Origin: a virus
Virus record (IMG/VR): IMGVR_UViG_3300032304_000900
Coordinates: 1-64,000 of that record
Reading direction: 5' to 3' (one strand)
DNA length: 64,000 bases
Position 1 is the stretch's first letter, and the number at the start of each line of letters is the position of its first letter. Both the position numbers and the translations under genes were made by a program. Of the stretch, positions 8,969 to 17,818 are shown one piece after another. Under the pieces are notes generated by a model that saw only the letters and a list, made by a program, of their open reading frames with translations, searched no databases and was not told the DNA's origin.

Positions 8969-9000
8969 GTCAAACACTGATCTTACGTCAGCTTCATCAA

Positions 9001-10356
9001 TTACATAATGTTCTGTACACGAACTCTACGATAGTAGACGTTTTCGTTTGAACCGATTGATGTTGCTAATGTAGTACCACGAGCGAATGGGTTAGCAAGC
9101 ATGCCGTAGCGTGTCTTGAAGCCAATCTTTGGTTGGAATGTATTTGGATCTACAGCACGAACCATTTGTAGAGGAACGTATGGGCAGTAGAAGATACCAG
9201 CGTCAAATGCGCTAGAACCCTTATAACCAACTACATAGAATTGGTCATTAGCACCACCATTCGATGCATATGGATCAATATAGACACGATAGCGACCATT
9301 TAGAACACCAGCGAATGTGTTACCTGCGTCATCAACTGTTAAGTTTGTTGAAAGAGCAGGAGCGTAGTCAAGAACACCAGCCATTGCTAATGCAGATGCA
9401 ACATCTGAAGAGCAAAGGATGAAGTTACCTTTACCACGACGTGTTTCTTGTGCAATTACGTTCGCATCACGTTCGATTTGGAACAATAGACCTTTGAATT
9501 TCTCAACTGACCAACGTCCGTTAGCGTCTGTATCCAAATCGAATACACCAGCTGTTGTTACTGTACCAGATGCTGCACCAGACTTAGCTGTGTAATAAAT
9601 TGTACGAATAACTTCGCGATTGATTTCAGCAAGAATTTCTGTTGAAAGGATGTTGCTCAACTCGCTCTCAGCATCAAGACCATGAATTGCTTTCATATCT
9701 TGTGCGAGTTCAATTGAGTACTCAGCTTTCAAAGCACGTGACTTAGCAGTTACGCTTGTCTTCTCAATTGAGAAAGCCATTTCATTGAAAGTTGTTGAAC
9801 CAGGACCTGGATCAGATGCTGGAGCTGCACCAGTTGAAGACGAAGTGTGACCACCCTCAGCCTGTTGAGTTGTCATACCACCTGGAGCATTAACTGATGA
9901 GAACCAGTTAGAACCAGAGATTGTTGACTGATTTGTGTTAGAACCAAGGTCACCACCTGCACGCTCTGCGTCAGCTTCGTTATAAAGTGCCTCAGTACCA
10001 CCTTGTGTACCATAACGGCTCTTCATTGCGAATACCAAGCCTGTTGGACCTGTCATTGGCTGAACACCGCAAAGATCATAAGCGATCATTTGTGGAGCAG
10101 CACGACGTACTAAGTTGATCAAAATTGGATCGTACTTAGCGACACCACCTGTGTCTGGGTTTGTTGATGAACCATTGTAGTTCGCATTAGTTGGAACTGC
10201 TTCGAAAAGAGCAGCACGCTCTTCTTGCAATGAACGCTCTTGGTTCTCTAAAAGAACAGCAGTAACTTCTTTACGATACTGGTCTTTGATTTCTGGCAAA
10301 TTCTCGTTCTCGAGAATTGGCGACCATTTTTTAACTAGATCTTCTCTTAACATCAT
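9001..10356 (-). CDS. gp23: major capsid protein (T4 gp23)
   Basis: KKWSPIL, GVQPMTGPTGLVFAM, EMAFSIEK..VTAKSRALKAEYS.ELAQD, YCPYVPLQM, FQPKIGFKTRYG; possible protease site LFE/A. Confidence 0.99.
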   Translation of the reverse strand: MMLREDLVKKWSPILENENLPEIKDQYRKEVTAVLLENQERSLQEERAALFEAVPTNANYNGSSTNPDTGGVAKYDPILINLVRRAAPQMIAYDLCGVQPMTGPTGLVFAMKSRYGTQGGTEALYNEADAERAGGDLGSNTNQSTISGSNWFSSVNAPGGMTTQQAEGGHTSSSTGAAPASDPGPGSTTFNEMAFSIEKTSVTAKSRALKAEYSIELAQDMKAIHGLDAESELSNILSTEILAEINREVIRTIYYTAKSGAASGTVTTAGVFDLDTDANGRWSVEKFKGLLFQIERDANVIAQETRRGKGNFILCSSDVASALAMAGVLDYAPALSTNLTVDDAGNTFAGVLNGRYRVYIDPYASNGGANDQFYVVGYKGSSAFDAGIFYCPYVPLQMVRAVDPNTFQPKIGFKTRYGMLANPFARGTTLATSIGSNENVYYRRVRVQNIM

Positions 10357-10380
10357 AGTTGTTTCTCCTGAAAGGTTGGA

Positions 10381-11379
10381 TTATTTTTTGTTTAGTTTAG
10401 CAATTGCTTGAGCATATTGGGCAACTGATTCTGCAATCACTTGCTCTTTTGCTGTTCCAGACTCGACGCTGTCTTTAGCAACTGGCTTTGTTTCTTTAAA
10501 ATATGACTCACGAATTGTTTGTAATTTCTTAGTATAAGAATCTACATCTTCGCAAGCAATCTCAGAAGCCAATGTAGCAAATTTTTCTGCCTCTGTGTCT
10601 GTTAGACCATCTGACAATTCTGCTACGATACCAGCACGTTCCATTTGTGCAATTTGCTTTGTCATTTCAATATTTGCATTTACGGTCTCATTTAACTTAC
10701 CTTCTAATTCTTGCACTTTAGACTCTAAGTCACCGAGAATGTCATATTTCTCAGCAGGTACATCTACGTAATGCTCTTCGAACACACGCTTCATACCATC
10801 AATGAAAGATTCAGCAAGTTCTGCTTTGATTCCGCTTTCGAGGGCAAGTTCATTTTGTTTAATCCACTGCTCAGCAACGTAGCCGAGATATCCATCTACC
10901 TTTTCAACGAGTTCCTCTTTAATCTTCACAAACTCTTCTACGAGTTGTGCGTCATACTGCTCTTGAATCTTAGAAATTTCTTCTTTGACTCTTGTTACAA
11001 CTGCTGCTTCAAAAATTGTTGCAGCCTTTGTTTTGAATTCTTCTGATAGTTCTTCGCCTTCTACTAAAGCAGCAACGTCTTCTGAAGAATCATACTTGAT
11101 TTCTTCTTTCTTCATTCCTGCAATTTCAGATGCTTGAGCAGCTGCTCCACCTGAACCAGCTTTAGAACTGTCTTTACTTGTTTTTACTTCTGGCTTATCT
11201 GTGCCTTGGTTGCGCTTGTTATCAGCGTTGTCGCCTTCGCCACCTGCGCTACCTTTTGCTTTGATAGTTTCAGCAGCACCTTCCTCTAGCTCTTCAGACT
11301 CTTCAACGATAGTCTCGTCTTGTTCCTGAAGTTTTTTAGATTCAGCCAATAATTCCGCAATTTTCTTTTCAACTGACAT
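10381..11379 (-). CDS. gp22: prohead core scaffold (T4 gp22)
   Basis: LSEEFKTKAATIFEAAV...VDGYL.YVAEQW...K.ELAESF..GMK..FEEHY; acidic. Confidence 0.95.
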   Translation of the reverse strand: MSVEKKIAELLAESKKLQEQDETIVEESEELEEGAAETIKAKGSAGGEGDNADNKRNQGTDKPEVKTSKDSSKAGSGGAAAQASEIAGMKKEEIKYDSSEDVAALVEGEELSEEFKTKAATIFEAAVVTRVKEEISKIQEQYDAQLVEEFVKIKEELVEKVDGYLGYVAEQWIKQNELALESGIKAELAESFIDGMKRVFEEHYVDVPAEKYDILGDLESKVQELEGKLNETVNANIEMTKQIAQMERAGIVAELSDGLTDTEAEKFATLASEIACEDVDSYTKKLQTIRESYFKETKPVAKDSVESGTAKEQVIAESVAQYAQAIAKLNKK

Positions 11380-11429
11380 TATAGTCTCCTGTTTTTAGTA
11401 GGTTATGTCCGATTAGTTTCGATAAATTC

Positions 11430-11437
11430 TATTTATA
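11430..11437 (-). promoter_or_regulatory. late promoter TATAAATA (gp22-gp23)
   Basis: Exact T4 late consensus in the intergenic gap. Confidence 0.85.
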
Positions 11438-11441
11438 AAAC

Positions 11442-12092
11442 TTAGAGTTTCTTCAAAAAACGAGCAAATTCAATGAGTGATTGCTCTGATATTTTTTTAG
11501 AGGAAGTTGCTCTAATGTTTTTTCTTGCTTCTTCGATGTCTCTTTGCACGTATTTTCCATCAACATATACCCACTCTACACCTTCCATAATGCCACGAAC
11601 GAAAGCATCTGGAGCCGATGGGTCGGCGACGATGTCAGCTGCAGTTGACAGCATAAAGTCGTCCTGTACAATCTGAACACCATCTTTGTTCTCTTTTAGA
11701 GAACCTAGTGCTCGACTTGAAACTCCAAGGTTTGCTCCACCGTCCAATAGACCACGTGCAATATTACCCATAGGTGTTTCTAGAATCTTTGCTTTACCAA
11801 TATAGTTTTTGCCTTCTTTACGAAGGTCAACGATCAAATGCGACACACGATCTAAATTGATAGTAGGTGTGTCTGGATGACCCAACTCACCGTAAGCACG
11901 ATTGTTCTTTACGTATTGCTCCATGTAGCGACCGACTTCTTTGTCCATCACACCCTCTGGATACATACGACCATTGCGGTTTTTTAATTCTGATTGAAGG
12001 AACACTCCCTCAATAAAATATTGTTTGCCCTTACCAAGTTTTTCTTCAACAAAAAATTTGGTTTCTGTTACTTGTTCTCTAATAAGTTTCAT
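11442..12092 (-). CDS. gp21: prohead protease (T4 gp21)
   Basis: IEGVFLQ...NRNGRMYP, GELGHP, GVSSRALGS, DIVADPSAPDAFV. Confidence 0.97.
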   Translation of the reverse strand: MKLIREQVTETKFFVEEKLGKGKQYFIEGVFLQSELKNRNGRMYPEGVMDKEVGRYMEQYVKNNRAYGELGHPDTPTINLDRVSHLIVDLRKEGKNYIGKAKILETPMGNIARGLLDGGANLGVSSRALGSLKENKDGVQIVQDDFMLSTAADIVADPSAPDAFVRGIMEGVEWVYVDGKYVQRDIEEARKNIRATSSKKISEQSLIEFARFLKKL

Positions 12093-12095
12093 GGA

Positions 12096-12512
12096 TTATG
12101 ACCCCACTGCGTTAATGTTGTCACCACCACCAAACTGTGCGGATTCAAATTCTGGTGAGAAGCCACTTACTTTTGTAAGTTCTAGAAGAACCATTCCTGG
12201 TCCACCAACAAATGTGACTACAATGTTAGATGTATTTTCGTCTGTTAGAACCCAATCAGATTCATCGATAATGTCAGATCCATAAAATGCACCAACAGTT
12301 ACACTATTGCGTACGAGAGTAATGCTGTTTGCGGTGCTTGCCTTAACCTTTGCGATGTTAACTCTTACTGTTCCACCTCCTGTTAATGCTTCAAAATCAC
12401 CAAGACAATCTGTATTGAGAGTCACTGTTGCGGTGTCGCTACTTGTCGTTCCAACAAGACGGATTAGACACTTATTAATGTTGTTTCGAACAACTGTTTT
12501 TGTGACTGCCAT
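12096..12512 (-). CDS. hypothetical, probable head-associated structural protein (138 aa)
   Basis: Beta-rich, located inside the head operon, with an RBS. Confidence 0.6.
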   Translation of the reverse strand: MAVTKTVVRNNINKCLIRLVGTTSSDTATVTLNTDCLGDFEALTGGGTVRVNIAKVKASTANSITLVRNSVTVGAFYGSDIIDESDWVLTDENTSNIVVTFVGGPGMVLLELTKVSGFSPEFESAQFGGGDNINAVGS

Positions 12513-12522
12513 TTTAGTTTCC

Positions 12523-13074
12523 TTATAATTTTCTTACTACATAAAGGAAGTTTTCAACGCATTCCTTCATATAGTTTAGAATTTCTTCTTTATGTTTACT
12601 ATTATTTAGTAAATTCGCAATTTTCTCTACAGTTTCTTCGCTAATTGCTACAGTTTTACCATCATTTAATATAAAATCCAACTTATTTTGCATCAAATTT
12701 TGACCCCTGTAGGTTGTTCTCATTTCAATAAGAACTGGGTCAATATCAAATGCCTTAGAGGAAGCACGATTTGTATATGATTCTATTAATGTTGTTGTAA
12801 TTTTTGTATTTTCGTTATATTTCTTAATTATGTTTGCAATTTTAATATCTGAAATATCTTCATATAAACTTACTTTTGCTAATTCTTCTAATTCAATATG
12901 TCTTTTGACTTCCTCTAAGTCGCTATAATCTGCCTCTAACAATACACCATCAACAAAATATTTACCATTATCGTTTTCAATAATTTGATGGGTATAATGT
13001 GTTGAGACGGAAACTACATTTCCATAGTTTCCTTTTCTAGTGTATAAATTTTTGACAAAATCATTCAGTGTCAT
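12523..13074 (-). CDS. hypothetical protein at the gp68 position (183 aa)
   Basis: Between gp67 and gp21; noticeably more AT-rich than its neighbours. Confidence 0.55.
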   Translation of the reverse strand: MTLNDFVKNLYTRKGNYGNVVSVSTHYTHQIIENDNGKYFVDGVLLEADYSDLEEVKRHIELEELAKVSLYEDISDIKIANIIKKYNENTKITTTLIESYTNRASSKAFDIDPVLIEMRTTYRGQNLMQNKLDFILNDGKTVAISEETVEKIANLLNNSKHKEEILNYMKECVENFLYVVRKL

Positions 13075-13406
13075 TCAGGTGTTTCTTCAGCAGGTGGATC
13101 TTCGGCAGGTGTTTCTTCGGCAGGTGGATCTTCGGCAGGTGTTTCTTCGGCAGAATTTTGATCATCCCATTGATTCATTTGACCAGATGGAAACTGTCCA
13201 TCACCATGTTCTCCTTCACCTGTGTCTTGAGTATAATTTTCTTCAGAAACAGGTTCAGGATTGAAAAAACTATTGGCGATTGCTTTACGATAATCGTCAA
13301 TTTTATCAGCGATTTTGTCGCTCATGATATCTGTAAAAGTTTTTTCTGCTTGAACTGGATTCTCATCAACAATAGAATCAATTAAGTCACGAATTTGGTC
13401 TGTCAT
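13071..13406 (-). CDS. gp67: prohead core protein (gp67-like; start revised to MTDQIRD)
   Basis: DLIDSI...AEKTFTDIMSDKIADKIDDYRKAIA..FF followed by an acidic tail; directly after the portal gene; GGAG RBS. Confidence 0.75.
   Translation of the reverse strand: MTDQIRDLIDSIVDENPVQAEKTFTDIMSDKIADKIDDYRKAIANSFFNPEPVSEENYTQDTGEGEHGDGQFPSGQMNQWDDQNSAEETPAEDPPAEETPAEDPPAEETPE
13076..13153. repeat. five alternating 15-bp units (CAGGTGTTTCTTC(A/G)G / CAGGTGGATCTTCGG) encoding AEETP/AEDPP
   Basis: Seen directly; in-frame 30-bp higher-order period. Confidence 0.9.
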
Positions 13407-13410
13407 GTTA

Positions 13411-14994
13411 TTACTCTCCTTGTGTTTTGTTACTTGTAGGTGCCTCCTGCGTTTCCGCTGGAGCAAATTGCTGCAAGTAATTCTGTTGTGCTGTTTGTGT
13501 TACGCCAGAAACAGTTCCTTTATGGTCAGCATCCAAGTAGTCCTGATCTTTTTCAGTTTCTATTTGACTTTGCATGTTTGCTACTTGTTCATCAGTTAAA
13601 CGAAGTATTTGTTCTTGAACATATGACTTAGAATAATACTTACCAACAAATGGATCTAACTGTTGTAACATTGCAACACGACCTGCTATTACTTCATTCT
13701 CTTTTAGTTCTGCGTAATAATTATCTTTATTGTAATTGAATTTAACAAACTGACTAATGCTATCCCACTCATCAGCACGGATAACACCTTTTAAAATTAA
13801 CTGTACACGTAAAATTTCTAAAAATAACATAGAAAATCGAGTACGTAGTCTACTAATAAATTTAGAAAATTTTACCTCATCACGTGAAATTTCAGCAGAT
13901 TTACCTACATTAAACACACCACCATCTTGTGTCAATCTCGATAATGGAACATTTAAAGATTGATACAGTTTTTGTTTAAAATATTCAACATCTTCTAACT
14001 GACCAAGATTACCACCACCCTGTAGGGTTGTAATTTCTGTTCCTTTTCCACCTTCACGACGTGGCATCCAAAAATCTTCAAGCATTGACATGTGCTTGCG
14101 ATCGTCTTTAATTTCGCCTGTTGAAGCATCATAAACAAGTTTATTACGATACTTGTTCATGATGTCACGAATATATTGTTCTGCTTTAATCTTTGGTAAG
14201 TTACCTACATCGATGTAGAAAATGCGACGCTCTGGCGCACGACTTACACGGTAAATGACCAAAGAATCTTCAATCATTTTTAATTGATTTACTGGTTTAA
14301 TTGCTTTATGAAGATGACTAAGAACCATGTTCTTGCCTTGATCAATTAATCCAGAGTTACATGACACAACACTATCAACCCCAAGTTTTACACCCTGTGT
14401 TGCATTGTTGTTGATGCCTTTTTCATTATAGATGTAATATTCTTGTACATCTGTAATTACTTCAACACCAGTTTTCTTGTTTCGTTCTTTCTTAACTTCT
14501 TTTACTTTGCGAATTTTCATCGCATCAACATATCGAAGTTCTTGAATCCCTTGTTTAGCATTTGCCTCATCAATTAAAACTTGATAATGTATTCTTCCGT
14601 CAACATACCAAGATCTAAATATGTCATGTCCTTTTACATTAAATCCTAACAATGAAAGAACACTATCAAACTCATCATTAAATTTCTTTTTAATGGAGTC
14701 AGATAATTTCAAATCGTCTAAGTTTAATGTAACAGTTTTTTCAACATCATCTGATACAATTGCTTCATTTACAATATCTTCAATTGCAGCATCGACTTCA
14801 GTATAACTAGAAATATCTCTATATTTTTTAAGAAGATCATTTTCAGTTGTAATCTGAGTATCTGTATTCAGCGTTTGCGCATAATACCCAGCTTGACTTG
14901 CTACAAGTGTCGATCCGTCATCGATTGGTGGTGGAACCACAGAATCGATGACATCATCTTTTTTACGCTTTATCTCAAAACCAAAAAAATCCAT
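13411..14994 (-). CDS. gp20: portal vertex protein (T4 gp20)
   Basis: WYVDGR, HKAIKPVNQLKMIEDSLVIYR.SRAPERRIFYIDVGNLPK, EDFWMPRREGGKGTEITTL. Confidence 0.98.
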   Translation of the reverse strand: MDFFGFEIKRKKDDVIDSVVPPPIDDGSTLVASQAGYYAQTLNTDTQITTENDLLKKYRDISSYTEVDAAIEDIVNEAIVSDDVEKTVTLNLDDLKLSDSIKKKFNDEFDSVLSLLGFNVKGHDIFRSWYVDGRIHYQVLIDEANAKQGIQELRYVDAMKIRKVKEVKKERNKKTGVEVITDVQEYYIYNEKGINNNATQGVKLGVDSVVSCNSGLIDQGKNMVLSHLHKAIKPVNQLKMIEDSLVIYRVSRAPERRIFYIDVGNLPKIKAEQYIRDIMNKYRNKLVYDASTGEIKDDRKHMSMLEDFWMPRREGGKGTEITTLQGGGNLGQLEDVEYFKQKLYQSLNVPLSRLTQDGGVFNVGKSAEISRDEVKFSKFISRLRTRFSMLFLEILRVQLILKGVIRADEWDSISQFVKFNYNKDNYYAELKENEVIAGRVAMLQQLDPFVGKYYSKSYVQEQILRLTDEQVANMQSQIETEKDQDYLDADHKGTVSGVTQTAQQNYLQQFAPAETQEAPTSNKTQGE

Positions 14995-15020
14995 ACTATC
15001 TCCACGGAAACATTAAAAAA

Positions 15021-15623
15021 TTAAATCGAAATACCTGGAAGCTGGAACCCACCTATGTTAACATTAACGCCACCAGAAATTAACGAACCAGTTGAAGTTG
15101 AAGAAGTAGATGTCCAGTAGTTGTATTGGAATGTTACTGTAAATTCTTCTATCTGATTATTTGTATCAAAATTCAATTCAATTGAACTAACTTCAGTTGG
15201 GTATGCATCTATAAATTTATATGCTTTAATTGGGTTTCCATTTCTATCAAGTTGGAACACTTCCATGTCAACTTGATATTGCGCAGGGTTAATTAAACCA
15301 GTGTTATTTACATTACTGTTAATTCCATTCATCCATGCTTCCATCGCATTACGAATTAGGAAGTCATTGTCGTTAAGAATAGTAACAGTCCATGGTGCAA
15401 AAGTGCGCTCGCCAGCAAAATTTACTTGACGACCACGATAATTCACTGGTGTATTATCGATTGTAGATGCTGGTAATTGAGCACCCTTACAAACGAATTG
15501 ACCCTTCGCTGATGCTAGTGTTCCAGCTGATACGTATGACGGAAATGTCAAACTTACGTAGAACTGGTTGGCACGAGCACCACCACCAATCATATTGGCT
15601 TTAAATGAGTCGATATTTGCCAT
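15021..15623 (-). CDS. gp19: tail tube protein (T4 gp19)
   Basis: GGGARANQF, CKGAQLPAS, AGERTFAPWTVT..ND.DF, QLDRNG, IEEFTVTFQYNYW. Confidence 0.96.
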   Translation of the reverse strand: MANIDSFKANMIGGGARANQFYVSLTFPSYVSAGTLASAKGQFVCKGAQLPASTIDNTPVNYRGRQVNFAGERTFAPWTVTILNDNDFLIRNAMEAWMNGINSNVNNTGLINPAQYQVDMEVFQLDRNGNPIKAYKFIDAYPTEVSSIELNFDTNNQIEEFTVTFQYNYWTSTSSTSTGSLISGGVNVNIGGFQLPGISI

Positions 15624-15647
15624 TGTTATTTCTCCTGTCTTTTTCTT

Positions 15648-15655
15648 TATTTAGT
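15648..15655 (-). promoter_or_regulatory. late promoter ACTAAATA (gp19)
   Basis: Intergenic, ahead of the AGGAG RBS. Confidence 0.7.
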
Positions 15656-15656
15656 A

Positions 15657-17735
15657 TTAAGCACCAATCTCTTCAAAGTTCACATTTGTTCTAGCAGCAA
15701 CAAAGTTAAGAGTAATGAAGTTGATAGAGCGAGCAGGTTTAACAAAAATATCAGCCACGAATTGGTTGGTATCAATAATTTGGGCAGTATTATTTGTCTC
15801 ATCGCAAACCACACGGAAATCAAAAATACCACGACGACCTTGAACATCACGTAGATATGGCTCAACTAAATTACGGAACTGAGCACGAGTAAAACCATCG
15901 TTGAATTCAAACAACTGGAACTTAGCAGCTGTAGAAATTGATTTTTCTAGAATAATAAACAAGCGACGCACGTTGATGCGATCGAATGCGCTTGGCTTGG
16001 ATAACATTGTTTTGTCTCCAAACAAAACAGTTCCTTGTCCTGGGAATGTGACAACTGGATTAATACCATTTTTGTATAATGTGTCACGTTCTGTTTGTGT
16101 TGGATTGTATGCTAATTTAACAACATTCTTAATTACGCCACGACTATAACCACCTGGAGAGAACCATGGATCTGCTGTATAATCTGTTCTTGCGCACAAT
16201 CCAGCGATGTCACCATTTAATGGAACATAAATGTATTTGTCATTGTATTTGTCATACTGATATTTGTAACCAGAATCCATTGATGCGTAAGATGTTGATG
16301 TATTAACAGAGTTGCTTGCTGCAGTTCTGTAAGAAACAAGACTAGTAAAATCGCTTGTTTTTGTAACTGGTGTTAATGATGATCCGTCATCTTTAGCTGC
16401 AGATACGAACACAAGGCAATCTTTACGTGATTCAGCAATTGCAATAACATACTTAGCAACAACTGATTCAACTTCACCAAGAGCAATTAAACCAACATCA
16501 ACTTCTTCAGTATTATTGAACTTGTCAAATGCAACTTGTAGTCCTGATTTGATTGCAGCATCATGTGCCTTTGAAGAAACAGTATATCCGTCAACACCCT
16601 TTCCGTTAGTCATAATCGCAATTGCACCAGAACCCTCTGTTACATTATAACCCATTAGTGCTGTATATGGACGTTTTAAAGTAATAAACACAGTATTTGC
16701 GCCCATACCACCTGTTGCCAGATTTACTGCAAAAGCAGCAGCAGATGATGTATTTTGATATGTTACTGAAACAATGTCATCAATGTCACGTAGATTCCAA
16801 ATATAATCAGAACTACGATTGATTACAGTTTTGTAGTAATTATTTGTGCCATCTGTAAGAACGGCATCTGCTGCTTTTGACACATTTTCAAATTTTTCTA
16901 AAACAGTTCCTTGCACTCCAGTAAATTGACCAAGACGATCAATAACAATAATGTGCATTTCATCTTTAGCAGCAGAGAAACCTTGACCAGCAGCATAAGT
17001 AGATGTTCCTGGAGCAGATACAAACTGATCTGCATATTCCCACTCGAACACAATAGAAACAATACCAGAGGTAATTACTGGGTTTGATGTTAGTGTTGCA
17101 GCTGTTGCGCTTGTAATAGAAGCGATTGCTGATGTGCCTAATAAGGTACCAGTTCCAGATGCTCCAGAGTAAAACTTAACAACAGAACCAACTGTTGCTT
17201 GTGTAGTGATTGCGCCACCACTTATAGATAACGCTGTAGAGTTTTGTGTAGCAGCGATTGTTCCTGTAGCAACATTGCGGAATGAATCCGCATCAGCAAC
17301 AGAAACTCTTAGTGTATTACCAAGAGATCCTGGATATTTCGCAACCCATGTTGAGTTTGGCGAAGATGCGCTTGAATAGTTATCTACGTAGTCTTGTGCG
17401 CTCTTAATTACGATCGCTGTAACATCTTCAGATTGAGCATTTTTAGCGTCAGAAGTGGTTGATGTAGTTGGAACAGCACGAACAACGACCATATTATTTG
17501 AATATGACAGGAAGTTCGCAGCTGTAAAAAACGAGCGAGCGATAAAATCGTTTACGCCAACTGGCTTACCGAATGTGCTTGCTAGTTCTGCTTCGCTTGC
17601 GATTGTAATTGGCTGTTCAACTGGACCCCAGCGGAAAAATCCAGCTGTGGCTCCAACAGAAGCAGCGATTTGAGGAATAACAAGAGAGAGGTCTTTCTCT
17701 ACTACTGCTACTCCTGGAGAAACTTGAAATGGCAT
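15657..17735 (-). CDS. gp18: tail sheath protein (T4 gp18)
   Basis: SPGV...EKD, F.WGPVE, PWFSPGG..RG, LFGDKT, AFDRINVRRLF, KPARSINFITLNFVA. Confidence 0.98.
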   Translation of the reverse strand: MPFQVSPGVAVVEKDLSLVIPQIAASVGATAGFFRWGPVEQPITIASEAELASTFGKPVGVNDFIARSFFTAANFLSYSNNMVVVRAVPTTSTTSDAKNAQSEDVTAIVIKSAQDYVDNYSSASSPNSTWVAKYPGSLGNTLRVSVADADSFRNVATGTIAATQNSTALSISGGAITTQATVGSVVKFYSGASGTGTLLGTSAIASITSATAATLTSNPVITSGIVSIVFEWEYADQFVSAPGTSTYAAGQGFSAAKDEMHIIVIDRLGQFTGVQGTVLEKFENVSKAADAVLTDGTNNYYKTVINRSSDYIWNLRDIDDIVSVTYQNTSSAAAFAVNLATGGMGANTVFITLKRPYTALMGYNVTEGSGAIAIMTNGKGVDGYTVSSKAHDAAIKSGLQVAFDKFNNTEEVDVGLIALGEVESVVAKYVIAIAESRKDCLVFVSAAKDDGSSLTPVTKTSDFTSLVSYRTAASNSVNTSTSYASMDSGYKYQYDKYNDKYIYVPLNGDIAGLCARTDYTADPWFSPGGYSRGVIKNVVKLAYNPTQTERDTLYKNGINPVVTFPGQGTVLFGDKTMLSKPSAFDRINVRRLFIILEKSISTAAKFQLFEFNDGFTRAQFRNLVEPYLRDVQGRRGIFDFRVVCDETNNTAQIIDTNQFVADIFVKPARSINFITLNFVAARTNVNFEEIGA

Positions 17736-17798
17736 GGCTATGTCTCCTTGATACGATTATTTGTCGTTGTTGTAACAACCCTTTGTTTCATCTCTTTT

Positions 17799-17806
17799 TA
17801 TTTAGT
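17799..17806 (-). promoter_or_regulatory. late promoter ACTAAATA (gp18)
   Basis: Intergenic between gp17 and gp18. Confidence 0.7.
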
Positions 17807-17818
17807 ATTTCGATAATT

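Noticed and set aside
13076-13153. Possible CRISPR-like array
   Set aside because: Units are contiguous 15-mers with no unique spacers and lie in frame inside gp67.
13407-13466. N-terminal extension of the gp67 ORF
   Set aside because: Overlaps the gp20 end; the GGAG RBS supports the ATG at 13406.
17750-17780. Small hairpins in the gp18 leader
   Set aside because: Only 4-6-bp stems, compatible with chance in AT-rich DNA, and they do not clearly sequester the RBS.
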